Below, piece after piece: positions 11,495 to 25,900 of a stretch of DNA of 64,000 nucleotides. Under the pieces are notes generated by a model. That model worked only from the letters and a program-made list of their open reading frames with translations, had not been told where the DNA came from and ran no database searches. Made by a program: the position numbers and the translations under genes. Positions within the stretch are counted from its first letter, which is position 1. Each line of letters opens with the position of its first letter. Origin of the DNA: Eledone cirrhosa (Eukaryota); contig OZ024743.1 of the NCBI GenBank assembly GCA_964016885.1, positions 244,156,001 to 244,220,000 on the forward strand, written 5' to 3'.

Positions 11495-14400
11495 TCTGTT
11501 ATTGAAGATTCAGCTATGATTGAAAACTCATCTATCATTAAAGACCCATCTGTGACTGAAGGCTCAACTGTCACTGAAGATATATCTCCAATTGTAGATA
11601 TATCTTCAGTGACAGTTGAGCCTTCAATCAAAGATGGGTCTTTAATAATGTAGATGGAGTTGTAATTAATGATTCGGAACTTACTAAAGCCCCAATTAAG
11701 ATGGGAGATTCATCTTTGAGTGAAAACTCAACTGTGACTGAAGATTCATCTCTAATTGAAAATCCAGCTGCAATTGAAGACTCAGCTGTTAGTGATGTGC
11801 CAACTAAGATGGAAGACACATCTTTGATTGAAAGCTCATCTTTGATAGAAGACTCATCTTTGATTGAAGTCTCAGCTTTGATTGATGTCTCAACTGAGTT
11901 TCAGGATTCACCTTTGAATGAAGACTCAGCAATTGAAGACTCAACTCCAATTGAAGATCCAACTCCGATTGAAGAAACAGATCTGATTGAAAGATCAGCT
12001 CCAATTGTAGATCGAGCTCCAGTAGAAAATTCAGTTGTAATGAAAATTCAGTTGTAACGAAAGATTCATCTCTGATTAAAGAATCTATTATTGATGCATC
12101 AGCTAGGATTGAAAACTCATCTATCATTAAAGACCCACCTTCGTTTGAAGGCTCAACTGTCACTGAAGATTTATCTCCAATTGAAGATCTAGCTGTAATT
12201 GATGACTTGGAACTTACTGAAGCTTTAATTGAAGACTCAGCTTTGATTGATGTCTCAACTGAGTTTCAGGATTCAACTTTGATTGAAGAGTCAGCAATTG
12301 AAGGCTCAACTCCAATTGAAGATCCAACTCTGATTGAAGACTCAGATCTGATTGAAAGATCAGCTCCAGTTATAGATCTAGCTCTAGTAGAAAACTCAAC
12401 TATGATTGAAAATTCAGTTGTAATTAAAGATTTATCTTTGATTAAAGAATCTATTATTGAAGCGTCAGCTGTGATTGAAAACTCATCTATCATTAAAGAC
12501 CAACCTTTGATTGAATGCTCAACTGTCACTGAAGAGAATCTCTTATTGAAGCTTCCGCTATGATTGAAAACTCACCTCTCATTAGAGACCCACCTTTGAT
12601 TGATGGTTCAACTGTGACTGAAGATTCATCTTTGCTTGAAGATCTAGCTGTAATTGAAGACTCTGTTTTTAGTGAAGCCCGAAATGAGATGGAAGACACA
12701 TCTTTGATTGAAGATTCCACTCTGCCTGAAGATTCATCCTTAATTGAAGATCCAGCTGTTATTGAAGACTCGGCTGTTAGTAAAACCCCAATTGAGATGG
12801 AAGACACATCTTTGATGGAAGGTGAATCTTTGATAGAAGACCCATCTTTGATTGAAGACTCATCTTTGATTGAAGACTCAATTCCAAATGAGGATTCACT
12901 TATAATCGAAGATCCAATTCTGATTAATGACTCAAATGTGGTTGATGATTCAGCTGAGACTAAGACTTCATATTTGATTGAAGATTCAGTTCCAATTGAA
13001 AGTCAAGCTCTGGTGGACGATACAGATAAGAATGAAGGTTCAGTTGCCATCTCCAGATCAGCTCTAATTGAAAACACAGTAGTGATTGAAGACACAAACA
13101 TGAATGAATTCTTAGTTCCAATTGCAGATTCAGCTTTGATTGAAGACTCTACATTGAATGATATCTCAACTGAGTTTCAGTATTCATCTTTGATTGAAGA
13201 CTCAGCAATTGAAGGCTCAACCCCATTTGAAGATCCAACTCTGATCGAAGACTCAGATTTGATTGAAAGATCAGCTCCAGTTGTAGATCAAGCTCCAGTA
13301 GAGGACTCAACTATGACTGAAAATTCAGTTGTAACAAAAGATTCATCTTTGATTAAAGAATCTATTATTGAAGATTCAGCTATGATTGAAAACTCATCTA
13401 TCATTAAAGACCCACCTTTGATTGAAGGCTCAACTGTCACTGAAGATTTATCTCCAATTAAAGATCTAGCTGTAATTGATGACTCGGAACTTACTGAGGC
13501 CCCAATTGAGATGGGAGATTCATCTTTGATTGAAGGCTCAACTGTGGCTGAAGATTCATCTCTAATTGAAAATCCAGCTACAATTGAAGACTCGGCTGTT
13601 AGGGAAGCCCCAATTGAGATGGAAGACGCATCTTTGATTGAAAGCTCATCTTTGATAGAAGACTCATCTTTAATTGAAGACTCAATTCCAAATGAGGTTT
13701 CACTTATAATCGAAGATCCAATTCTGATTAATGACTCAACTCTGGTTGATGATTTAGCTAAGACTTCATATTTGATGGAAGATTCAGTTCCAATCGAAAG
13801 TCAAGCTCTTGTGGACGATACAGATAAGAATGAAGGTTCAGTTCCCATCTCCAGATCAGCCGTAATTGAAAACCCAGTAGTGATTGAAGACACAAACATG
13901 AATGAAGTCTTAGTTCAAATTGCAGATTCAGCTTTGATTGAAGACTCTCCTCTAATTGGTGTCTGAAATAAAGTCATAGCTGAGACTGAAGACTCAAATA
14001 TTATCGGGGATCCAACTGTTATTGAAGACACATCTTCGATTGGAGACTAGTATTATTGAAAAGCTATATTTTATAGAAGGCTCAGCCCATGTAGAAGACT
14101 CACCTGTTATTAAATATTCAGCTGTAAATGGGGAGACACCTCTAATTAACTTAGCTATGCATGAAATATCAGATCCAATTGAAGACTCAGCTATGATTTA
14201 AAACTCAACTCTGGTTGAAGACCATTGAAAAGTCTGCTATGGATGAAGAATCAACTGTGATTGAAGACATCTCTCATTGAATGCCCAGTTGTGATTGAAA
14301 ACCCAGATATAGTTGAATACTCAACTATTATTGGAGAACCAGCTGTGTTTGAAGACTCAGCTTTTATTGAAAACTCAGCTGTAATTAGACACTCGATTGT

Positions 14401-14559
14401 AACTGGAGAACCAGATTGATGTATAAACTCATTGGTAATTGAAAGCTCAACAAATACTGAGGACTCATCTGTCATTGAATACTCATCTCCGATTGAAGGC
14501 CCAGCTGTGATTGAGAACCAGCTATCAATGAAGGCTCAATTATTATTGAAGAAATAGAT
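11495..14559 (+). pseudogene. Disrupted continuation of the acidic repeat (ORF pieces 11701-12057, 12207-12563, 12560-13966)
   Basis: Same IEDS modules, but interrupted by an inversion, frameshifts and stops. AATAAA at 13967-13972 directly follows the TGA at 13964-13966. Confidence 0.55.
11537..11646. repeat. 110-bp near-perfect palindrome (fold-back inversion)
   Basis: Arms 11537-11587 and 11596-11646 are reverse complements with 2 mismatches; CAATTG at the centre. Confidence 0.9.
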
Positions 14560-14562
14560 TTG

Positions 14563-16050
14563 ATTGAAGACTCATCTCTCATTGAAGAACCAGCTCTCAT
14601 TGAAGAACCATCTCTGTTTGAAGAAGCATCTCTCATTGAAGAACCATCTCTCATTGAAGAACCATCTCTCATTGAAGAACCATCTCTAATTGAAGAAGCA
14701 TCCCTGATTGAAGAACCATCTCTCATTGAAGAACCATCTCTAATTGAAGAACCATCTCTCATTGAAGAACCATCTCTCATTGAAGAACCGTCTCTCATTG
14801 AAGAACCATCTCTCATTGAAGAACCGTCTCTCATTGAAGAACCATCTCTCATTGAAGAAGCATCTCTAATTGAAGAACCATCTCTCATTGAAGAACCATC
14901 TCTCATTGAAGAAGCATCTCTAATTGAAGAAGCATCTCTAATTGAAGAACCATCTCTCATTGAAGAACCATCTCTGATTGAAGAACCATCTCTGATTGAA
15001 GAACCATCTCTCATTGAAGAACCATCTCTCATTGAAGAACCATCTCTGATTGAAGAACCATCCCTGATTGAAGAACCATCCCTGATTGAAGAACCATCCC
15101 TGATTGAAGAACCATCTCTGATTGAAGAACCATCCCTGATTGAAGAACCATCTCTGATTGAAGAACCATCTCTGATTGAAGAACCATCTCTGATCGAAGA
15201 ACCATCTCTCATTGAAGAACCATCTCTCATTGAAGAACCATCTCTCATTGAAGAACCATCTCTCATTGAAGAACCATCTCTCATTGAAGAACCATCTCTC
15301 ATTGAAGAACCATCTCTGATTGAAGAACCATCCCTGATTGAAGAACCATCCCTGATTGAAGAACCATCTCTGATTGAAGAACCATCCCTGATTGAAGAAC
15401 CATCTCTGATTGAAGAACCATCTCTGATTGAAGAACCATCTCTCATCGAAGAACCATCTCTCATTGAAGAACCATCTCTCATTGAAGAACCATCTCTGAT
15501 TGAAGAACCATCCCTGATTGAAGAACCATCTCTGATTGAAGAACCATCTCTGATTGAAGAACCATCTCTCATCGAAGAACCATCTCTCATTGAAGAACCA
15601 TCTCTCATTGAAGAACCATCTCTCATTGAAGAACCATCTCTCATTGAAGAACCATCTCTGATTGAAGAACCATCCCTGATTGAAGAACCATCCCTGATTG
15701 AAGAACCATCCCTGATTGAAGAAGCATCTCTAATTGAAGAACCATCCCTGATTGAAGAAGCATCTCTAATTGAAGAACCATCCCTGATTGAAGAAGCATC
15801 TCTAATTGAAGAACCATCCCTGATTGAAGAAGCATCTCTAATTGAAGAACCATCTCTAATTGAAGAACCATCCTTGATTGAAGAACCATCTCTGATTGAA
15901 GAACCATCCCTGATTGAAGAACCATCTCTGATTGAAGAACCATCCCTGATTGAAGAAGCATCTCTAATTGAAGAACCATCCCTGATTGAAGAACCATCCC
16001 TGATTGAAGAAGCATCCCTGATTGAAGAAGCATCTCTAATTGAAAAACCA
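14563..16050 (+). repeat. 18-bp tandem array ATTGAAGAA(C/G)CATC(T/C)CT(C/G/A), encoding IEEPSL/IEEASL, roughly 80 units
   Basis: Direct reading; ORF 14560-16218 on + and ORF 14472-16157 on - both run through it. Confidence 0.95.
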
Positions 16051-17481
16051 TCTGTGATTGGGGTTTCTATTGGAGACATGGCTGTAATTAAAAATTCAGC
16101 TGTGAGTGAAGACTCAATCGAAAAGATAGTCCGGATGGGTGTCTCAGCCCTGATCAATAACAGAGCCCTGATTGATTATTCAGCTCTGGCTGAAGCATCA
16201 GCACGACTGAATGGATAAATATAACGGATGTCTCTCCTCGACCGCTGGAAGTTAAAACAAAAAAAAACAAAAATAGGAAACACCAGATAAGATTTGACTT
16301 TTGAGTACTTACCACAGCAATATATATTTTGCTGAACAATGAAATAACTGGTACTATTGAACGAAGATCAAACTGGATTTATTAGTTAAAATAACTCGAC
16401 AACATGAGGCCAGGAAGTTGAGCATTAAACTAAATAACTCACAGGATGAATTTCTTCTCTTTTAACTGAGTGCAATTCCAGCCTGTATCGATTATGCTGT
16501 TCAACCCTTCAAACTTGACAAAAGAAATTGTTATTATGTGCTCCAAGTTACTCCCGATCCAAAAGGCTCATAGTCAGAGCGAAATGGTCGTGTCCATTCC
16601 ATTATAATCCAAGACGCAATGCAGCCAGAGCCACATTATATTCAATATATATTTTTCTATGATTTGAGGAAGATTTGACTGCTATTTCTAGCAGGACGAG
16701 CTTAAAGGCTCTTCTCTCATTGATTGTAGCCAGCCATACTTCTCCTCGTCAAAAACTGTTTTTACAACAAATAAAGAAATAGTTTATAAACTGAATAGGA
16801 GAAATGTGAAATTTCATGTTGAATCTGATGCAGAGGGTATCACTGGTATTTTCACAGCGGCAATGGTTTCACCATCTTGTTTGCAGGGTGCAGCTGAAAT
16901 ATATATTGTCTAGCCAAAAGGGTGGAATTTACCTGTGAGATAGAATGCAAAAGTATCGCTGGGATATACCGCATAGTCAAGGGTTTAAAGTCCCTACCCC
17001 TCTATTTCTCTATTCTACTTTTTTTATTTCCTTTTCTCTATTTTTTATCTTTTATTTTAATATATTTTGTAAATCACAATTTTTCTAACCCTTTTATTAC
17101 TAAATCTCCTGAAGTCTGCCTTGGTTCTATGATACAAAACTGTTAATTTTAATGTACTTATATTTTTCTAAAAATCATCAATTGTAATTACCGTATATAC
17201 TTTTTTTTTGTAAATTATTCCTTTGATGAATTAATTTTTTAAAAATTCACCAAAAGATCTACGATGTAAGTCACTCTGTATATGGTATCTCATGTGTAGC
17301 TTCCTTAGTTTATGTTATCCATAATCAAGGCCAAGCAGGAGTACCGCTTTCAAGGAAAAACACCATATTTTGCTGGAGACAAAATAACAAACAAATGTTT
17401 TCAGATTTACCACCATATTGACGGACAGGTGACGAGTAAGTAACGAGATAAGTGAGCAGGTTTACTAGTATGCTGTTGTTG

Positions 17482-18486
17482 CTTCTTCTTCTTCTTCTTG
17501 GATGGTCGTGGAAGTGGAGTCCTCAAACGGGTCCTGTCAGAAGAAACCGTCTCCAATTGATCTGACTGGATTCCCAGGCGAGACCAGCCGAGTTCATGGA
17601 TGATATCCAACCATTTAGCTCGTGGCCTACTCCTGGGTCTCTTGCCGGTTGGTTTTGCCCGTAAAATCTTTCCAGCCATTCTTTCCTGAGACATTCTAGC
17701 CACATGCCTGTAGATTCGGAGCTGTGATCTCACATTTCGGAGAAACGGTGACTCTACATGGAGTGACTCACTGATCTCCGAACTACGCACTCTATCGAGT
17801 AACGATGCTCCAGAGACCATTCGGAGGAACCCTATTTCGGCCGCTTGTATTCGCGATCGTATTCTTTCGGTCATTACCCAAGCTTCATGACCCTAGGTAA
17901 GGGTTGGCACGAATTGAAGATAGCGAGTTTGGCTTTTACACCTACCTCCCTACTGATTACCGAATACAGAAGCTGTCGTATTACTGCACCAGTTCTTGCA
18001 AGAATTGCACTTAATTCAGCCCCCTGCCTTCCATCACTCATGAACACGCCTAGAGATACTTGAACTTTTCCACTTCCTTCAGTGGAACTCCACTCACATG
18101 AAGAGTGCACTTTGTAAGCTTCTTTGAGAGGACGAATGCCTCAGTCTTCGCAGCACTGATATTCATTCCAGCCGTGCAGCACTTGACATCAACACCTATC
18201 AAGTGCATGTCGGAGGTCACCTTCTGACGAGTTAAGTAATACCATGTCGTCTGCAAATACCAGCCAACTGATCTTACAGCCACCAGTCATGATATCACTT
18301 TCAACCCAGTTGCGGATGTCAATCCAGTTCATGAAGATTACGAACAGAATAGGTGACAAAATGCACCCTTGGTGGATTCAGACTGAATGGTTTCAAATTA
18401 GCAGCATTTATCCGAGCACAAATACAATTCCTATAAAGACAGGGCAACAAGAAGTTGTCCATCAACCCCAAACTCCTGCAGAATAG
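17482..18486 (-). mobile_element. RTE-clade LINE, 5'-truncated and degenerate (RT C-terminal half), with (AAG)n tail
   Basis: ADDMV RT motif near 18240-18255, VEKFKYL, and a C-terminal IQAAEIGFLR...LDRVRS...GKRPRSRPR..W typical of RTE; short tandem tail at ~17482-17499. Confidence 0.8.
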
Positions 18487-18615
18487 ATTTACAATTAGGT
18501 TTATTGGCGCGATGACAGACAGATAAAGCTGGCTTACTAATATCTTGGCAGATGGTTTGCTGGTGTGTTGACAGATAGATAGCTATATAAAAACATATAG
18601 GTATATTGATAAATA

Positions 18616-21600
18616 ACTTTCTTTTTATTTGCCATCAGGGCATCAAAGAGTGGGACATGTACAATGGGGGGAGTTTACATAAAAAGGCGTCTTCAATAAG
18701 GAGGAGGCAATAACAAAATATAAAAATATAAAATATAACAAAAATAAATTGAATAACAAAATCCTCAATAGGGAGGAGGCGCCTTGGGGGGTTCGCCCCC
18801 CCCCCCGAAAAAAATGTGCAACCCTTCTCCTCAGGAGCACAGAGAGAGGATGCTCCCTTGCTCTTTCATCTTTCTCACCTACAGTCTGATGTAGAGTGAA
18901 GGCCCATTCACACGGGCCATTCTCGCCACTTTCACCCATCTTTCATAAAAACGGCTGGGGTGCAACACCTCTCTCTCCATCCTGATCCTTCTTCCGAAAT
19001 GATATCGGAAGAAACGGACCAGTTGTTGGCCAGAGAGGAAGGTATCTGACCTCAGTCCTTTCAGACGCGTCCACCATACAACTTCTTTCACCATGGCTAT
19101 TACGCACAGAAACACCGCCTCTCCTTCGTTTTTGAAGAGGGGAGGCGGCTTGATCGTTACAATAGACTCGGTGGTCAACCGGATCGGTCCCACCCGTGAC
19201 ATCAGTCGTTCGACATAACCCCACAGATCGGCAATGCCCGAGCAGTGTACCAATGCGTGTGCAACGGTTTCCTCGTCGCACACGCATCTGGGACAGATCT
19301 TTTTCGAGGGGTCCTTACCCGGGCGCCCGTGTCTGTAGAGCCTTTCTCGAACTGGCAGAGCCCCTCGGTAGCACTTTCAGGCCAGGGACCTCTGGGAGTT
19401 ATTCATAGGTCCCGGGCTGAATGTCCTAGTGAACAGGTTGGCCAGTTCCTTTTCCTCCATGCCTAGGGCTTCTCCGAGGGCGTGGTCGTACCTGCTAACA
19501 ACCAGCCCTCTATAGAATGACGAGGTGGATTCGCCACCGACAGCCGGGTCCGCCTGCCAGAGAGCCGTGAGCGCCTGGACACACTCGGTGTGCCAGGCGC
19601 CCAGTTTTCTCGGTCTTTGCTTGACCCAGGATTGCAGCTCGGTGAGCGAGACGAGTCTGGGAAAGCTCGCCTCACAAACGGGGCCCACACCGGTTCACCG
19701 GTGAGGAATACCTGGAGGTGCCGTAGCCTTAATGCGTGTTTACGAATCATCAGCCACGGCATCCCCAGCCCTCCTTTCGAAGGGTGTTGACAGCAGATGG
19801 ATCTCCTCACCATAGGAGCCCGCTTCTTCCAAAGGAATTGGAAGAGTGCGCGTTCCATCTTGGCGAGCGTTTCCCTTGGGCAAGGGACGACGGTCAGGCG
19901 GTAGTAGATGAAGGACGCTATATAAGTGTTCGCCACCTCCGCCCGACCTTTCAGGGACAGTTTGCACTCGGCCCACTTCTGGGTCAGTGCAAACACCCTG
20001 TTCGTTACCTCACCCCAGTTCTTCTCCACCTGGAGGTCGGTCCGAACCAGACCCCGAGCAACTTCACCGGACCCTCTGTCCAGCGCCCGACGACGCCATC
20101 GGAGGGCATCGATTTGCCCCTCCACGTGCTGAGTTGCAAACCGATCGACTTGTCCCGGTTCAGCTTAGCCCCTGTAAACCTTTCGTACTCCTCCAGTAAG
20201 GTGTCGATCGCCCCGATTTCCGAGGCCGTCGACACCATTACTGTTACGTCATCGGCGTAGGCCGACACCGCTTTCCGCAATCCCGGTTCCAACGGGATGC
20301 CCTGCAACAACTCCAACTTTCGCAGCAGTGGCTCTAGAGTCATTACATACAGAAGGGAGGACCGCGCGATTTCGAATGGCTCCGAGAGGTAGCCGTTCAC
20401 CTTGACTCTAGAGCAGATGCGGCTGCTGTGCATGGCAGTGATCCAGCCCCTGAAAACGGGTCCGAAGCCTGCCGTCGCTAGCACCGCATCCAGGTAACCA
20501 TGGTCGACCCTATCGAACGCCTTAGATTGATCCAAGTTGATCACCAAAGCCGGGTTCGTTCCCAACCCTCTCTATGATGTATCGCATGAGGTGGAGGTTG
20601 TCATGGATGGACCTGCACGGGATAGCAAATGTCTGCGCATCTCCCACCAGGTTGCCCACGACAAGCACCAACCTCTTTGCTAGCACCTTGGCCAAAATCT
20701 GTAACTCTGTATTTAGCAGAGTTATGGGCCTGAAATTACTTATATCGTCCCCCTTGTTCTCGTCCTTTCTCACTAGCGTGACTACGCCCTTGGTCACAGC
20801 ACAGGGAATTCTCCCGTTCTGTTGCCAGTTGCAGTAGACCGCCTCGAGGAGATCGGGGAACAAGTCCGGCATAGCTAGATATAGTTCGTATGGAAGACCA
20901 TCGAGACCCGGGGATTTGCGTTTGCCACATTGGCTCAGGATGTTCTCTATCTCAGCAGCTGAAATCGGCTCCTCGCAGGACTTCGCCTCCTTGTCCGAGA
21001 GACGCGGCAGGCCGTCGAGATATGGACCGAAGTCCACTTCCCCAACCGGCTTCCCGCCCCTTCCGAACAATCTGACAAAGTGCTTTTGAAAAGCATCGCA
21101 CATCTGCTTAGGTTCAAGGATCACCCGTCCATCCTGGTCTCGCAAAGACCGGATAGTGGATTTACTCCCTCTTTTGGCTTCTGTCACGCGGGCCCAGCTA
21201 ACAGCTTTGGTCCCCTCGTTTCCCAGAGCACGTATTTTGCTTCGGACGATGCAGCCTTCGTGTTTCGCGTCGAAGAACTGGCCCAGGGCCGTTCTCGACG
21301 CTAGCACTCTGGCCACGTCGCCGCTTCTAATTGCCTCTTCTACATTATCTACCAACTCCCTTTCCTTCCTATTTCTATTTGAGACTAACTCCTTACTAAA
21401 TTCTATAGAGACTACTTTAATCTCTCTTTTGAGAGATCCCCACCACCTGCTGTTGACGATGGCGCCCGTCAACCGCTCCTTAACTAAAGTGCTAATCCGG
21501 TCCCTGTAAGCCTTACTTGCCGGTAAGGACAAGTTGAGCTTCCAGTAACCGGGTCCCTGTCTATGCGTTCTGTCAAGGTTGACCATGCAGGTCACTAACT

Positions 21601-22654
21601 TGTGGTCTGAATAGCCAACCATGAGCATTTCTGGACAACTTAAAAAGTCCTTATCCTTATTTCTAACTAAGAACCTATCTAGGTACGACCTAGATGATCC
21701 GCTGCGGTTTTCCCAAGTCCAGGATGGCGCAGTCGGAAAATCTAGTCGATATCTATCGGCCAGGTCAAATCGGCCGATTAACCCTTTGAGGCTGTTACAC
21801 CCCTATCTATCGGGACAGGCCCCTACGTAGTCCCAACGTGCATCTAGGATACCATTCCAGTCCCCCACTAATAGCAAGGAACGAGACGTCACTAGAAAAG
21901 TCTCCAGACGATAGAAGAAGTCCGGCCGCGTTGACCCGAAAGGGCCGTAGACGGCTACCAGCCTAAACGCTCCGCCTTCACCACTGCCAAGGTCCAGTAC
22001 CACTAGTCGACCCTCCGGGTCCAAATGTACCGTCTGGTTTGCGAGACCCAGATGTTTTTGCAGCAGAACGACAACCCCACCCCCACCTCCGGGCTGACAG
22101 AGCGATGCGTGCATCTCAAAGTCATCAAAGGTGGGGGCCAGCTGTCGCACGTTGCTGATCCGGGCCTCGCAAATAACCATCACATCTATACGTTGTGACC
22201 TGAGGTCATTTAGAAGCATTGCTTGCTTCCAAGTTGAGCCCAGGCCACGCGCATTTAGACAACCTACTCTCAGCATAGCCATGTTGGTGGTGAAGAGAAA
22301 AGGCACTTACCTCTCTGCGTCCCGGGTATCGGGCTGCACAATTTCCATGAGGGTGGGGGATGGGTTGTTGTGTGGGGTGGTGGTTTGTGGAAGTGTAGGG
22401 GCATCAGTGTGTTGTGTGGTTGGGGTGTTTGGAGTTGTGTGGGTGTTTGGGGAGGGGGTGGGAAATTTTTTTAGGAGGACGCGGTTAATGGGCCCGGCGC
22501 AGGGGGGGGGGGGGGCACGTCCTCTTTAAAGTTGTTTTTTAGCGTTTTATATGTGTCCTCTGGGGCCTTAATCATTTTGAGGTGGGGGAAATCCCCTGCC
22601 TGGGAGAAGTTAGGCCCATGGGTTTTCACTAAATTGTTGTATACAATGTTTAGC
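18616..22654 (-). mobile_element. Tx1-clade (L1-like) LINE copy 1, truncated within ORF1; frameshifted ORF2 (APE endonuclease, RT, CCHC finger)
   Basis: CLNARGL, GDWN, SDH, GPGYWKLN, NFRPITLLN, DQSKAFDRV, AYADD, GGLG motifs. 17-bp TSD AGGTATATTGATA(A/G)ATA at 18599-18615 and 22655-22671. Confidence 0.93.
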
Positions 22655-22971
22655 AGGTATATTGATAGATATGTCGCTAAATAGGTAAGTTGGTTTATTG
22701 CTGTGTTGACAAATTGGTAACTAGATAGGCAAGTAGATTTTCAGTCTGTTAATAGATAGGTAGCTATAATGGCAAGCTTTACTGATTTTGGTAGATAGTT
22801 TGTTGGTAGGTATGACCGTGAATCGGTCAGTTAGTGGGCAAGATTGTTAACAGATAAATAGTGATTCAGACAGACATCAAACACAACGGGAAAGATAGAA
22901 TGGGTTAATAAAACATAAGATAAGAGAGAGAGGGGGAGGGTGAGAGGGTATGATGGGTAGGTAGATAGATA

Positions 22972-25900
22972 TCTTTCTTTATTTGCCACAGGGGCGCACA
23001 AAAATGGGACATTACAAGACGTGACGGCGGGGGTTTTACATAAAATCTTTAACAATGATAAATAACAATAAACTATATAAAAATAAAACAATTGCAATCC
23101 CCATTGGGGGGGGGGGGGGGGTAACGTTACTGCGGAGTTGTTTTACACCCCGTCGATAGAACAACCCTCAACACCAGGAACACGTTTTGTAGGTGTTCCC
23201 GTATTCCCTCTGTTTATCTTCCTCAACCTACAGATTTATATACAGAGAAGGCCCATTCACCCAGGCCATTTTTTTCACATTCACCCACCTTTCAGCGATT
23301 TTACTGGGGTGTAGCACCTCTCTCTCCACCCTCACCTTCCTTCTGAAGTGGTACTTAAAGAAGAGGATGAGTTGTTTTCCGGAGAGAAAGGTGTTTGCCC
23401 TCGATCTTTTTAACTTCGTCCACCATATTACCTCTTTCGCCAAAGCCATCAGACAGAGGAAAATCGCCTCTCTTTCATTCTTAAATGAAGGCGGCGGGGT
23501 GATCCTCACGATGGATTCGACTGACAACTGGATGCGTCCTACACGTGACAGTAGCTGTTCGACATAATTCCACGGGTCGGTCACTCCTGGGCACTGAACA
23601 ATTGCGTGCAGAACGGTTTCGATGTCCTGCTCGCATCTTGGACAGGTTCTTTTGGCAGGATCTCTGCCAGGGCGTCCGTGCCTGTAGATTTTGTCTCGAA
23701 CTGGTAGAGCTCCTCGGTAGCACCGCCAGGCCAGAGACCTCTGGAAGTTATCGATAGGCACTGGACGTAAAGTCCTCCCGAACAGACTGGTCAGTTCGTC
23801 CTCCTCGATGCCTAGAGTTTCCCCGAGAACGTCGTCGCACTTATCCTCCACTAATCCCCTATAGAAAGTGGAGTCACTGCTGAATACCATTTCTGCTTAG
23901 TAGAGGGCTGTGAGCGCCTGAAGGCACTCAAGGTGCCAGGCGCCCATTTTCGGTCTTCGCTTGACCCAGGACTGCAGTTCTGTTAGTGAGACGAGTTGTG
24001 GAAGAGCTCGTCTCACAAACGACAGCCACACCGGTTCGCCGGTCAGGAATACCTGGAGATGGCGTAGCCTCGGCGTGTGTTTGCGAATCATCAGCCACGG
24101 CATACCCAGCCCTCCGTTAGAAGGATGTTGACAGCAGATGGATCTCCTCACCAATGTAGCCTGTTTCTTCCAGAGGAACTTGAAGAATAGGCGTTCCATT
24201 TAGGTGAGGTATTCGCGGGGGACAAGGCACGACTGTCAAGCGGTAGTAGATGGACGCTATGTAAGTGTTCACCACCTCCGCTCGACCTTTCAAGGAGAGT
24301 TTGCACTCAGCCCACTTCTGGGTGAGTGTAAACACATTCGCCGTGACCTCGTTCCAGTTCTTGCCCACCTGGAGGTCTGGACCAAACCAGACCCCGAGCA
24401 ATTTTACCGGCCCTTCCGTCTAGCGTCCAACGACACTGTCGGACGGCATGGGTTTGCCTCTCCATGTGCCGCGTTGCAAACCGACAGACTTGTTTGGGTT
24501 TAGTCTTGCTCCTGTCAACATTTCGTATTCCTGTAATAGGTTGCCGATTACGACGATGTCCGAGGTTTTCGACACCATTACGGTTATGTCGTCGGCATAG
24601 GCCGACGCTGCTTTCCGCAGTCCTGGTTCGATCGGGATGCCCTGCAACAGCTCCAACTTCCGCAGTAATGGCTCGAGAGTCAGTACATACAAAATGGAGG
24701 AAAGAGGGCACCCCTGACGGATGGAGCGCATGATTTGTAATGGCTCCGATAGGTAGCCATTCACTTGAGATGCCGAGCAGATGCTCGTGTGCATGGCAGC
24801 GATCCAGCCTCTGAAGACGGGACTGAAGCCGGCCACCTTGAGAACCGCTTCCAAGTATTGATGGTCGACCCTATCAAATGCCTTAGAATGATCTAAATTG
24901 ATCAGAGCCCCACCGAAGCCAGGCTTACACTCTACGCTCTCTATGATGTATCGCATGAGGTGGAGGTTGTCGTGTATGGACCTAGTCGAGATTGCAAACG
25001 TTTGCGCTTCCCCTACCAAGTTCTCGACGACAAGCGCCAGCCTCGCTGCTAACACGTTGGCCAAAATCTTAACTCTGTGTTGAGCAGAGTTATGGGCCTA
25101 AAATTGCTTATCTCATCCCCCTTGTTTTCATCTTTCCTGACCAGCATTACTACGCCTCTGCCTACAGAACTGGGAATCCTCCCGTTCTGCTGCCAGTTGC
25201 AGTAGACCGCTTCGAGGACGCCAGAGGACAAGTCTGGTATGCCTATGTATGGGTAGATCATCTAGACCGGGTGATTTGCGTTTCTCACAGCGGCCTAGGA
25301 CATCTTCTATTTCGCCCGCTGTGATCGGCCTTTCGCAACTCTCTGCATCCGTGCTGGAAAGTCGTAGTGCGCCGTCGAGGTAGGAACTGAAGTCCACACC
25401 TCCCTTGACGTACCGCTTTGCCCGAACAGTTGTGCAAAATGCTGCTGGCAGGCCGTGCACATCTGCTTGGATTCAAGTAGAATGCGTCCATCTTTGTCTT
25501 GCAAGAACCGAATTATGGATTTGTTGCCACTTTTCACCTCTGCCACTCGGGCCCAGCTAACAGCTTTGGCTCCCTCGTTTCTTAGAGCACGTGTTCTACT
25601 TCTAACAATAGAACCTTCGTGTTTCACGTTGAAGAACTGGTCTAGTGCTGGTCTCGCCGCTAGTATGTCAGCTGTACTGCCATTCATAAGTGCCTCTTCT
25701 ACTTTAGCTACCAATTCCTTTTCGGTTTTTTTTCTTTTCTAAAGCTACTTCCTTGCTAAATGCTATCGATTCTATTCTAATTGCTCTCTTGAGAGAGCTC
25801 CACCACCTGTTGTAGACGATCGCCCCCGTCAACTGGCACTTAACTAAGGTGCTAATCCGTTTACTGTAGGTCTTACGCGCCGGAAGCGACATGTTTAGTT

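Noticed and set aside
1846-16157. Many minus-strand S/I-rich ORFs, including the 561-aa SSIRDG repeat
   Set aside because: Antisense shadows of the + strand coding repeat; fragmented, and repeat variation is synonymous on the + frame.
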